DNA of 64,000 nt from a candidate division WOR-3 bacterium (GTDB taxonomy: Bacteria > Hydrothermota > Tepidihabitantia > Tepidihabitantales > Tepidihabitantaceae): positions 32,001 to 96,000 of the forward strand of contig CBFGIT010000006.1 in NCBI GenBank assembly GCA_965648905.1, read 5' to 3'. This document shows positions 18,901 through 27,118 of the stretch, piece by piece. Position 1 is the first letter of the stretch. The number at the start of each line of letters is the position of its first letter. Below the pieces are notes generated by a model. It had not been told where the DNA came from, made no database searches, and saw only the letters and a list, made by a program, of their open reading frames with translations. Made by a program: the position numbers and the translations under genes.

Positions 18901-18988
18901 GGGCCATCTGCTCCTTGAGCGCCGGCTCAATCAGTCCGGCTGATGCAAGGGCAGTCACTGCTGCCAGAAGAGACAGCACGTACTTCAT
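15935..18988 (-). CDS. Secreted S8 subtilisin-like protease with Ig/CARDB-like repeats and FlgD/T9SS-like CTD
   Basis: Signal peptide, catalytic triad GDIDTG / HGTH / GTSMA, AAGNEG, C-terminal YDQSGRLVRTL..GVYF..KLVVR. AGGAGG RBS. Confidence 0.93.
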   Translation of the reverse strand: MKYVLSLLAAVTALASAGLIEPALKEQMARVDGLERLGVLIALKHQLDGENIIRTIKDKPQRWETTVNALKEMAALDQAGLLSELRSFEASGKVAEIRPLWIVNAVYCEATPEVINRMADRDEVWFVQWDLIPTENALGLAPATSARDVTDGTFTVEWNVRKVKADSVWYVYGYTGEGVIVGDIDTGCDYTHPDLAGHMWTDPNYPYHGWNFEQNNNNPMDAHGHGTHTCGTVAGNGTGGDTTGMAPKAQIMSTRTKTSISQPYPDTIAENTVLNSMQFCVAPPLSPANHAHLLTMSLGWIIRSWSPRQAVWRAAVTNVAAAGLPYFIAAGNEGSSSPPYNLRCPGHCPDPWKHPADTTGGLSGSISIGATDNNDNYASFTSWGPVTWDTIDPYFDYHYPPGLLKPSFSAPGVDITSTRLGGGYTQMSGTSMATPCAAGVCALMLEKNPSLLPEDVDEIMQNSVLPRGTQPKNNTYGTGRIDAMRCIENTPLPGPRHDVAMDKVVAPLDKIEPRTPLAPVCIVKNRGTYPEPNVQVHCQVESLGTTIYTQSATITLLDSAGVDTVTFPNWNVGPGSQTYDLTFWHFYSPDTNRRNDTLRKSTTTRGHDVSVAGANIGTRVRANTAVTPRITLRSTDYTERGFMAYCRIDSAGTSVYSDSVAVDSVPEMGTRSLAFPSSWQVGDSGTSYLVTMFHNCPPDENRRNDTMHITTTAVEQIRVLWIYSDYGAPDTTLGVRLQALGDSVDYFDGQTGTPTLQQLQSYDAVGAHSNYPYQSPSGLGDVLADYVDAGGGVVLANFSYTSGWAMAGRVMTGAYATINPGTNTHQASGLGWTNPAHPIMAGVSSVQDQFMASGTFISTAESVARWSDGRPYVAVSSNQKVAGTNMYPGSYSTPERQGDWALVIHNALMFVSGGATGIDGLDPLAPVLHVALQATPNPAQFQAKVSYAVASGGPIQLAVYDQSGRLVRTLFHGKVKAGVNSLVWNLDDNNGQAVAKGVYFCKLATQDKTLSSKLVVR

Positions 18989-19139
18989 TGGTCAATCCTC
19001 CTGGATTGGTGGTTTGTGTTCGGATCGACAGATGCCAGAACCGTAGTCGCCTCCAGTTGACATCGCCGGTGCTGGTAGTCCAGTAGATAATTCTCCTCTG
19101 GAAACACCCGCAGTCAAGACAAGACATGCGGCACGGGTT

Positions 19140-19167
19140 TTGACTCGGTCTGGAACCAGGCTATATT
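19140..19167 (+). promoter_or_regulatory. sigma70-like promoter, probably leaderless
   Basis: TTGACT-N16-TATATT, 8 nt before the in-frame GTG 19176. Confidence 0.55.
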
Positions 19168-19175
19168 CTCGTACT

Positions 19176-21695
19176 GTGTCCGCCACTCTGTTCGTTCTGG
19201 TCCTGAACCTGGCAGCTCCTGTGGTTCGGTCTCTTCCCGATACGGTCGTCGTCCGCGACTGGGTTGTGTGTGGGCCATTCGCCGTCGGCCCGCGCGAGGG
19301 TACTACGGGCGCGGTCGAAGACCCGACCACGTTCCGGCCGGCCCCGGGCGATACGTTCCGTTCGAGTCTTGTCCAGGGCGGCATTACTGTCGGCCGCAAG
19401 CGGAGCGTTGACTCGCTGGGTTGGCTTGAAACCGGTTATCAGGACGTGCGCTGGGACTCCATCATTCAGTACTACGGCACGGCCGGTATCGTCTGCGCCG
19501 GCTATGCCTATGCCGAGTTTGAATGTTCCTATGCCTGCCGTGGCCTTGCTGTGGCCACCAGGCTGGGCGGGTTTGTGCTCAACGGCAGGAGCTATCTGGG
19601 CGACGTGTACGGCAATGGCTGGTTCCGAACTCCGGTCCAGCTAGACTCTGGCACCAACCGCGTGCTCTTGCGTATCTCGGGCTACGGTGACGAACGGGTT
19701 CGGTTCCAGCTCGTGCCCGTGTCCTCACCGGTCAGCATCGTGAAGCAGGACGTAACCGCGCCGGACATGGTTCCGGACTCTGGCCAGGCAGCCTGGTTCG
19801 GTATCCCGCTTGTGAACAACACGGCTGACCGCATCAGTCAGGTCAGGCTGCAACTGAAGCTTGTGACCGATTCGGTCGTTGCCGAGGCCACTGTCCATGA
19901 CCTGCCCGGTCTCGGGGTGAAGAAAGTTCCGCTCTTTGCCCGATTCCCCTCTTTGCCGTACGACTCGGGCGGTCTGAGGCTCGTGGTCTCTGCCAACCCG
20001 AGTGACACGACAACTGACTTCGGTCATCCGAGCGAGACCCTGTGCCTGCCGTTCCGCAGACCTGACCAGCCGCAACGCCAGACCTTTCTGTCTGCCATCG
20101 ACGGTTCGTGCCAGTACTACGCCGTGACGTACCCTGAAGACTTTGACCCGTCACGCCGCTACCCGGTCATCTTCACCCTGCATGGCGCTGGTGTCGAGGC
20201 CTGGGGCCAGGCCAATGCCTACAAGCAGAAGAACTGGGCCTTTGTCGTCGCGCCAACTAACCGGAGGCCTTACGGGTTCGACTGGCAGGACTGGGGCAGG
20301 CTCGATGCTATCGAAGTGCTTGACACCGTTCTTTCCCGCCTGCCGATTGACCCGGACCGGGTCCTGCTCTGTGGCGGGTCCATGGGCGGGCACGGGTGCT
20401 GGCACGTGGGACTGAATCATCCGGACCGGTTCGCAGTTCTTGCACCTCAGGCCAGTTGGCCCACGCACCAGCTCTACGTGCCGTGGTTCCTGCAACGCAG
20501 TGCCGTTTTCGCTCAGCCGGGCCAGCTTGCGGTCCGCGACCGAGCCCTGCGTTCGGACAACGTGCCGGCCCTGCTCGGCAACGCCCTCAATCTGCCCTGT
20601 TTCATCCTGCACGGCGGTGACGACGACAACGTGCCGACCCTGCACGGCCGGAACTTCGCGCTCTGGCTCGACGAGCTGGGCCAGGAGTTTGTCTACCGTG
20701 AGGTGCCGAATCGCAAGCACTGGTGGACTGACGAGAGTCTCGGCATCACGGTCGCGGACGACACGGCCCTGATGAGCTACATCAAGGACAAGCGACGGGT
20801 TCAGGGCCCGCGCCGTGTCCGGTTCAGGACCGGTGACCTGGGCACGTCCCACCGCGCCTACTGGGCGGACATCGAGCAGGCGAGCACGGTCGGGCAGGAC
20901 GCAGCCATCGAAGCCTGGGCTGATGACTCGACCGTCCGAGTAGTCACGGAGAACGTGGCGCGGTTTCGCCTCAGCCTTGATGGCCTGTCTTTTTCCCGCA
21001 CCCGCATCCGGGTCGAGGTCGATGGTCAACCCATCGGCAGGGCCTTCGAGCTGCCATCACATCCGGCATTTCGGCAGGTCAGTGGTCGATGGTTCGCCGG
21101 CGAAGCGCAGTCCAGTCGTCTGACCAAGACACCGCGGGCCTATGGCCCGTGTAAGCAGGCGATGATGAAACCGTTTGTCCTTGTCTATGGCACGCAGGAC
21201 CCGTCCCTTGCTGACTTCCTGCGTCACACCGCAACCCAGGAAGCACTGCGCTGGTGGTTGATTGCTAACGGCACAACCGAAGTCCTGCCTGACTCCGAAG
21301 TAACCGACTCGATTGTCGCGAGCCGCAACCTCGTTCTGTACGGCGGTCCGAAGGAGAATTCGGCAACGCGGCGCATCGGGTCCGAATTCCCCGTACGGGT
21401 CAGGTCCGGCCACTTGTTCCTCGGCAGAAAGGACCTGGGCGACAGTCTGGCTGCGATGTTCGTCTACCCGAATCCTCTGAACCGCAGCCGCCTGGTACTC
21501 GTGCGCCTGGGCACTGACGCCGAGCACACGCGCCTATCCACGTTCTGGGGCGTGCTCAGTTCGAGCGCCGGCATCCCGGATTTCATGGTCTTTGACAAAC
21601 GGGTGCGCCGATACGGCTGGGCCGGTGTCCGGGCCGCGGGGTTCTTCGGCCCGGACTGGCAGCTCGACCACGGCTCGACGTTCCTGGAACGCTAG
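19176..21695 (+). CDS. Secreted alpha/beta hydrolase (S9 prolyl oligopeptidase/esterase-like)
   Basis: Hydrophobic N-terminus, LHGAG, GGSMGG nucleophile, HGGDDDNV Asp, HWW His. Confidence 0.82.
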   Translation: MSATLFVLVLNLAAPVVRSLPDTVVVRDWVVCGPFAVGPREGTTGAVEDPTTFRPAPGDTFRSSLVQGGITVGRKRSVDSLGWLETGYQDVRWDSIIQYYGTAGIVCAGYAYAEFECSYACRGLAVATRLGGFVLNGRSYLGDVYGNGWFRTPVQLDSGTNRVLLRISGYGDERVRFQLVPVSSPVSIVKQDVTAPDMVPDSGQAAWFGIPLVNNTADRISQVRLQLKLVTDSVVAEATVHDLPGLGVKKVPLFARFPSLPYDSGGLRLVVSANPSDTTTDFGHPSETLCLPFRRPDQPQRQTFLSAIDGSCQYYAVTYPEDFDPSRRYPVIFTLHGAGVEAWGQANAYKQKNWAFVVAPTNRRPYGFDWQDWGRLDAIEVLDTVLSRLPIDPDRVLLCGGSMGGHGCWHVGLNHPDRFAVLAPQASWPTHQLYVPWFLQRSAVFAQPGQLAVRDRALRSDNVPALLGNALNLPCFILHGGDDDNVPTLHGRNFALWLDELGQEFVYREVPNRKHWWTDESLGITVADDTALMSYIKDKRRVQGPRRVRFRTGDLGTSHRAYWADIEQASTVGQDAAIEAWADDSTVRVVTENVARFRLSLDGLSFSRTRIRVEVDGQPIGRAFELPSHPAFRQVSGRWFAGEAQSSRLTKTPRAYGPCKQAMMKPFVLVYGTQDPSLADFLRHTATQEALRWWLIANGTTEVLPDSEVTDSIVASRNLVLYGGPKENSATRRIGSEFPVRVRSGHLFLGRKDLGDSLAAMFVYPNPLNRSRLVLVRLGTDAEHTRLSTFWGVLSSSAGIPDFMVFDKRVRRYGWAGVRAAGFFGPDWQLDHGSTFLER

Positions 21696-21701
21696 ACGCG
21701 G

Positions 21702-22571
21702 TTGACTACGCTCACGCTCCGCTCTCCGGCCAAGGTCAACCTCGGTCTCTGGGTGGGCCCCATGCGTCCGGACGGGTATCACGACATTGTCACCATCGTC
21801 GCTCCAATCGAGCTCGCCGACACGGTCACAATCAGGCAGATACGATTCGGCGTCGAGGTTCGGTGCGACTCGCCAGTGGTTCCGTCCGACGAGCGCAACC
21901 TTGCCGGGAAGGCTGCCCGAGCTTTCTTTGCGGCAGCCGGCATCAATTCCGGTTGCCGTATCAGCATCCGCAAGAGGATTCCGGTTGGTGGTGGTCTGGG
22001 AGGCGGCTCATCAAATGCGGCCACGACCCTGCTCGGACTCTCCCGCCTGTTTGGGTTTCCCCTGTCCGCGGCTGAGCTCCGTCGCCTCGGAGCAAAGCTC
22101 GGCAGCGATGTCCCGGCGTTCCTCCTGGGTGGTCCCTGCGTCGCCCGCGGCCGCGGGGACAGGCTGCGCCGCATCAGGCTGCCCCACCTGACGCTGCTGC
22201 TGTACTTCCCGGGACACGGGGTCTCGACAGCCTGGGCCTATGCTGCGCTCGACCGCTGGCGCGCGGCCCGCGCGGACTTGACACCGCTGCCGTTTTCGCC
22301 TAGACTTCTCGGCCTCTACCTGAGGCGCAACGAGCCGGACAGGGCCGCTCCGTTGCTGGTCAACAGCTTTGACCCGGTCGTGTTCCGTCGCTACCCGAAG
22401 CTCGAGCGAGCAAGAAGCCTGCTGCTCGCCGGCGGTGCGGACGCAGCGTGCCTTTCCGGTTCCGGCAGTACGGTCTATGGCCTGGTGATGAAGCAGGACT
22501 GGAAAGACCCGATGGCCGAGCTGGCCCGCCACGGTTTCCCCTGTTTCAGAACTACCACCGTACCCGCATAA
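21702..22571 (+). CDS. ispE: 4-diphosphocytidyl-2C-methyl-D-erythritol kinase
   Basis: SPAKVNLGL, DGYH, KRIPVGGGLGGGSSNAA, LGSDVP and LSGSGSTV motifs. Confidence 0.95.
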   Translation: MTTLTLRSPAKVNLGLWVGPMRPDGYHDIVTIVAPIELADTVTIRQIRFGVEVRCDSPVVPSDERNLAGKAARAFFAAAGINSGCRISIRKRIPVGGGLGGGSSNAATTLLGLSRLFGFPLSAAELRRLGAKLGSDVPAFLLGGPCVARGRGDRLRRIRLPHLTLLLYFPGHGVSTAWAYAALDRWRAARADLTPLPFSPRLLGLYLRRNEPDRAAPLLVNSFDPVVFRRYPKLERARSLLLAGGADAACLSGSGSTVYGLVMKQDWKDPMAELARHGFPCFRTTTVPA

Positions 22572-22594
22572 GATTGTCTGGTCTGATGATGTGT

Positions 22595-22669
22595 TGGGGC
22601 GTCGTTCAACTGGCAGGACCCAGGACTTTGGATCCTGTTATGAAGGTTCGAGTCCTTCCGCCCCAGCCA
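22595..22669 (+). tRNA. tRNA-Gln (TTG)
   Basis: Acceptor stem TGGGGCG/CGCCCCA, anticodon arm CAGGA-CTTTGGA-TCCTG, T-loop GGTTCGAGTCC, encoded CCA. Sits in the usual ispE-tRNA-Gln-prs context. Confidence 0.97.
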
Positions 22670-22709
22670 CGATGAACCGGCCTGTGGCCGGTCAGCAGAG
22701 AAGGCAAAG

Positions 22710-23657
22710 ATGCAAGGACAGATGAAGGTGTTCAGCGGCCGGGCCAACCAGCCCCTGGCCAGGAAAATCTGCGCTCACCTCGACGTGCCCCTGGGCAACG
22801 CCGACATCAGGAACTTCGCCGACGGCGAAATCCGGGTTAACATCCGCGAGAGCGTGCGCGGCAGCGACGCTTTCGTGGTCCAGCCCACCCATCCGCCGGC
22901 CGACAACCTGCTTGAACTATTGCTGATGATCGATGCGCTCAAGCGAGCATCGGCCGGGCGTGTCACCGCGGTCATTCCCTATTACGGCTATGCTCGTCAG
23001 GACCGCAAGGACCAGCCCCGCGTACCGGTTTCGTCCAAGCTCATCGCCAATCTGCTGGAGCGCGCCGGCGCCGACCGGGTCCTGGCCATGGAGCTGCACG
23101 CGGAGCAGATTCAGGCGTTTTTCGACATTCCGGTCGACCATCTGTACTCGACCCCGGTGCTGGTTGACTACCTGAGCAAACGTGACACCGACCGGATGGT
23201 GATTGTGGCTCCGGACACGGGCCGAGCCAACCGTGCCCGCGGTTTCGCCCGACGACTGGGCGACAACATCCCGATCGCCATCATCGACAAACGCCGTCCC
23301 GAGCCCAACCGGGCCGAGGTAATGAACCTGGTCGGTGAAGTCGCCGGCCGCGATGCCCTCATCTTCGACGACATGATTGACACCGGCGGTACGCTGGTCG
23401 GCGCGGCCGATGCGCTGCTCGCGAGCGGCGCGCGCAGCGTTGCCGCGGTCGCAACCCACGGTATCTTCTCCGGCCCGGCGATCGAACGGTTGACAGCGTC
23501 ACGTCTGAGCGAGGTCGTCGTCACCGACACCATCGACCAGTCCCGGTCCAGCCGGGTCGATCGACTCAAGATACTCACCGTCTCAACCCTGCTCGCCGAG
23601 GCAATTCTCAGAACCAATCGCGGCGAGTCGGTCAGTTCGCTTTTCATTGGAACATAA
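22710..23657 (+). CDS. prs: Ribose-phosphate pyrophosphokinase
   Basis: FADGEI, PYYGYARQDRK and DDMIDTGGT motifs. Confidence 0.97.
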   Translation: MQGQMKVFSGRANQPLARKICAHLDVPLGNADIRNFADGEIRVNIRESVRGSDAFVVQPTHPPADNLLELLLMIDALKRASAGRVTAVIPYYGYARQDRKDQPRVPVSSKLIANLLERAGADRVLAMELHAEQIQAFFDIPVDHLYSTPVLVDYLSKRDTDRMVIVAPDTGRANRARGFARRLGDNIPIAIIDKRRPEPNRAEVMNLVGEVAGRDALIFDDMIDTGGTLVGAADALLASGARSVAAVATHGIFSGPAIERLTASRLSEVVVTDTIDQSRSSRVDRLKILTVSTLLAEAILRTNRGESVSSLFIGT

Positions 23658-23669
23658 GAGAGGAATAAC

Positions 23670-24404
23670 ATGGCATACACAGTCAAAGCCGTTGTCCGTG
23701 TCGAAACCGGCAAGAACCCGGTACGCCGTATGCGACGTGCCGGCAATCTGCCGGCGGTGATGTACGGTCACGGCGACCCTTCCCTGATGCTCACCCTGTC
23801 CGCGCACGCCTTCGACCTCCTGCTTGAAGAACTCAAGGGCCACAGTCCGATTGTCGACGTCGAAATCGACGGCCAGCCGCCGACGAAGTGCGTCATCAAG
23901 ACCATGCAGCGCAACCCGATTACCGGTGCACTGCTGCACGTTGACTTCCAGAAGGTGCACCCGCACGAGAAGATTACCATGAACGTGCCGGTCATTGTCA
24001 AAGGCAGTGCCGAAGGGGTGAAGCAGGGCGGTATGCTCGACCACGTCATGCGCGCCGTGCCGGTCCGGGCGACGATCGACCGAATCCCCGAGCACTTCGA
24101 TGTCGACGTCACCCACCTGAAGATTGGACAGAGCATCCACGTCAAGGACCTTGGCCGACCCGAGCTCGAGTACGGTGTACCGCTTGACTCGTCGGTCGTC
24201 ACCGTCCTCAGTCCGCGCAAACTGACCGAGGTGCCGACTGCCGCCGAAGCCGCGGCCGCTGCCGAAGCCGCCCCGACCGAACCCGAAGTTATCAAGGAGA
24301 AGAAAACCGCTGAGGAAGAGGGAGCCGGGGAAGAAGACAAGGGCAAGGCCAAAGGCGGCAAGGAAGAAAAGAAGCCTGCGACCAAGGAAGAGAAGAAGAA
24401 GTGA
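23670..24404 (+). CDS. rplY: 50S ribosomal protein L25/Ctc
   Basis: PAVMYG, HVDF and GVKQGG motifs, long Ctc form with a charged tail. Confidence 0.95.
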   Translation: MAYTVKAVVRVETGKNPVRRMRRAGNLPAVMYGHGDPSLMLTLSAHAFDLLLEELKGHSPIVDVEIDGQPPTKCVIKTMQRNPITGALLHVDFQKVHPHEKITMNVPVIVKGSAEGVKQGGMLDHVMRAVPVRATIDRIPEHFDVDVTHLKIGQSIHVKDLGRPELEYGVPLDSSVVTVLSPRKLTEVPTAAEAAAAAEAAPTEPEVIKEKKTAEEEGAGEEDKGKAKGGKEEKKPATKEEKKK

Positions 24405-24474
24405 GCCGAACTTCTGGTTACCGGTCCCCGATTGCCGGCTGGCAGAACTCAGGCTGGGCAATGCTGCTTGAGGA

Positions 24475-25086
24475 TTGGGGCTTCCCTGCTTGACGATCTT
24501 CGGCCTCGGTAACCCTGGTGAACGGTACGCGCGTACCCGGCATAACATTGGTTTCATGGTAGTCGATGTCCTGTCTCGACGGCTGCACGCGCGCTTTCGG
24601 CATCAGCCGGGCTGTCTGGTGGCCCGTAAGGAACACGCCGGTCGCCCGCTGGTGCTCGTCAAGCCGCTGCGCTACATGAACGAGTCGGGCGTGGTCGTGA
24701 AAGAACAACTAACCCGGGAGCCAGATGAATTCCTCGCGGTATGCGATGACCTGGCCCTGCCGTTTGGTCGGCTGCGCCTGCGGCCCAAGGGCTCAGACGG
24801 CGGCCACAAAGGTCTCGGCTCAATCATCTATCACCTGGGTCGAACCGACTTCGCGCGTCTGCGTATCGGCATCGACGCGCCCGGGCCTGGTGAGGACGGC
24901 ATCGACTATGTGCTCAACGACTTCCCCAGTGAGCAGGCAGCCCGGCTGCCTGAGGTGCTCGACCGCGCGGCCGACGCCTGCCTTACCGTTGTCACCGGCG
25001 GACTCGAACTGGCCATGAACCGCTTCAACCCGTCCCTTGACGCCGAGTCAAGCGAGTCGTCCGGCGTGGAGCGTCCGGTATCATGA
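24475..25086 (+). CDS. pth: Peptidyl-tRNA hydrolase
   Basis: GLGNPG, TRHNIGF, YMNESG, DDL, GGHKGL and RLRIGI motifs. The start may be TTG 24490. Confidence 0.95.
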   Translation: MGLPCLTIFGLGNPGERYARTRHNIGFMVVDVLSRRLHARFRHQPGCLVARKEHAGRPLVLVKPLRYMNESGVVVKEQLTREPDEFLAVCDDLALPFGRLRLRPKGSDGGHKGLGSIIYHLGRTDFARLRIGIDAPGPGEDGIDYVLNDFPSEQAARLPEVLDRAADACLTVVTGGLELAMNRFNPSLDAESSESSGVERPVS

Positions 25087-26132
25087 AAGTCGGCATCGTC
25101 GGCCTGCCCAATGTCGGCAAGTCCTCGCTCTTCAACCTGCTGACCGCGGGCTCGGCCAAGGTCGACCTTTACCCGTTCACGACCATCGACCAGAACGTTG
25201 GGGTCGTGTTCGTGCCGGACGAACGGTTGGAGCGCATCGGCGAAATCCTCAAACCCGAGAAGCTCACCCCGGCGCACGTTGACTTCGTTGACATCGCCGG
25301 GCTGGTGAAGGGTGCGAGTGCCGGTGAAGGACTGGGCAACCGGTTTCTCGCTCATATCCGCGAAGCCGACATCATCCTGCACATCGTGCGCAACTTCGCA
25401 TCGGCCGACATTCCTCACGTTTTCGACTCGGTGGACCCGGACCGGGACGCGTCCATCGTCGAGGCCGAGCTGGCCCTTGCCGACCTGGTGATTGTCCAGA
25501 AACGACTCGAACACGTTCGCAAGGAACCCAAGTCATCGGAGCAGCAACTTCTGCTCCACGCACTCGAGTCTGCGTACTCCGCCCTTGGGTCCGGTAATGC
25601 GCCCGAGCTCGACCCGGAGCAGCGCCAGGCGCTCAAGGGGCTCGGCCTGATTACGGTCAAGCCGGTTGTCTATGCGGTCAACTGCTCGGACTCGGTGCCG
25701 GCCAACCCGGCGACGTTTCCGCGCACCGCGGCCCGCACCAACCTGCTCTTCTCGGCCGCGCTTGAGGTCGGCATGGCTACGTTCGACGAGCCGGACAAGG
25801 TTGAACTGCGCTTGAGCCTTGGGCTCGCGTCTGAAGGCCCCTCCGGGATTGTCGCCCGGTGCTTTGTCGCCCTTGACCTGATTCGATTCTACACCGTGAA
25901 GGGTCCGGAGTCGCGGGCCTGGGCCGCGCCGCGCGGCACGACCGCGGTCGAAGCTGCCGCGATGATTCATACCGACCTGGCCCGAGGCTTCATCAAAGCG
26001 GACGTTGTCACCTACCACGACCTGGTCACCGGCGGCGACTTCCATGCCTGCCGGGACTCAGGCCGCGTCAAGACCGAAGGCCCCGGCTACGTTGTTCAGG
26101 ACGGCGACGTCCTGCTCATCAAATTCAAGTGA
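25083..26132 (+). CDS. ychF: Redox-regulated ATPase YchF
   Basis: GIVGLPNVGKSS, YPFTTI, DIAGLVKGAS.GEGLGN.FL and TGS domain IHTD..GFI motifs. Confidence 0.95.
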   Translation: MKVGIVGLPNVGKSSLFNLLTAGSAKVDLYPFTTIDQNVGVVFVPDERLERIGEILKPEKLTPAHVDFVDIAGLVKGASAGEGLGNRFLAHIREADIILHIVRNFASADIPHVFDSVDPDRDASIVEAELALADLVIVQKRLEHVRKEPKSSEQQLLLHALESAYSALGSGNAPELDPEQRQALKGLGLITVKPVVYAVNCSDSVPANPATFPRTAARTNLLFSAALEVGMATFDEPDKVELRLSLGLASEGPSGIVARCFVALDLIRFYTVKGPESRAWAAPRGTTAVEAAAMIHTDLARGFIKADVVTYHDLVTGGDFHACRDSGRVKTEGPGYVVQDGDVLLIKFK

Positions 26133-26204
26133 GACACGAATCCTGCCTGCCCGGCTGTATTCGTCATCCGTTATTGGTAGTTCGTCATTTCCCAAGGAGG
26201 TAGT

Positions 26205-26585
26205 TTGAACAGCTACGAAATCGCAATGATCGTTGACCCGAACATGCCGGAAAAGGACGTCCAGCAGTTGGCCCGTGAAACCAGAGACCTGCTGGTCAGG
26301 AACGGTGCCGGCGCGGTCGCAGACGAGCGCATCGAACGCCGCGCGCTCGGCTATCCTATCAAGCGGCACGCCGAGGCCAACTATATCTTCATCGCCTTCA
26401 CCGGGCCAACCACGATTCCGGACAAGGTTCGACTCGAGATGAAGCACCGCGAGGGTCTTCTGCGCATGGCGTTCATCGCCAAGCCGTTGAGCACGGAACC
26501 CAGTGCCGAACCGTCTGCCGTTCCGGAGAACACGCCGAGCGAGCCGGTACCGGCTGAGCCGGCGCCGGAGGTGACGGGTGGCTGA
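26205..26585 (+). CDS. rpsF: 30S ribosomal protein S6
   Basis: YEIAMIVDP, RRALGYPIK and LLR motifs. AAGGAGG before a TTG start, followed by ssb. Confidence 0.9.
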   Translation: MNSYEIAMIVDPNMPEKDVQQLARETRDLLVRNGAGAVADERIERRALGYPIKRHAEANYIFIAFTGPTTIPDKVRLEMKHREGLLRMAFIAKPLSTEPSAEPSAVPENTPSEPVPAEPAPEVTGG

Positions 26586-27048
26586 CGCTGAGCGCGGCCC
26601 CCGCGGCCCGAGCGCACCCCTGCGCCTGGGCAGCCTGAACGTTGTCATCCTGCTCGGCCGCGTCACGATGGACCCGGATCTGCGCTATACGCCTAAGGGC
26701 TCGGCCGTGCTCAGCTTCAGAGTCGCGGTTGACCGGGTCTGGAAGGACAAGGCGACCGACGAATGGAAGCGCGAGGCGTCGTTCTTCAACGTTAACATCT
26801 GGGGTCAGGCAGCCGAGCGCTTGAGCGAGACCATGCGCAAGGGTTCGGCCGTGCTGGTCGAGGGTCAACTTCGGAGCCGAACCTACGATACCCAGTCGGG
26901 CGAGAAGCGCACCGTTGTCGAAATCTGGTCCACCCGCACCCAGGTGCTTGACAAGACCGGCCCATCGGCGGAGACGGGCACGCCTGCCGGCCCGGTTGAG
27001 GAAGAACCAGACATACCCAAAGAACAGCTCGACGACATCCCGTTCTAG
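26578..27048 (+). CDS. ssb: Single-stranded DNA-binding protein
   Basis: LNVVILLGR..DPDLRYTP, KGSAVLVEG and C-terminal DDIPF. Confidence 0.96.
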   Translation: MADAERGPRGPSAPLRLGSLNVVILLGRVTMDPDLRYTPKGSAVLSFRVAVDRVWKDKATDEWKREASFFNVNIWGQAAERLSETMRKGSAVLVEGQLRSRTYDTQSGEKRTVVEIWSTRTQVLDKTGPSAETGTPAGPVEEEPDIPKEQLDDIPF

Positions 27049-27069
27049 CCCGGCAGCTTTCAGGAAACA

Positions 27070-27101
27070 GGTCGGGCGGGAGTATTGACTCCCGCCCGAC
27101 C
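27070..27101. terminator. Perfect hairpin between convergent ssb and gdhA
   Basis: GGTCGGGCGGGAGT-ATTG-ACTCCCGCCCGACC. Confidence 0.75.
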
Positions 27102-27118
27102 GGTCTTGCAGAGCTTCG

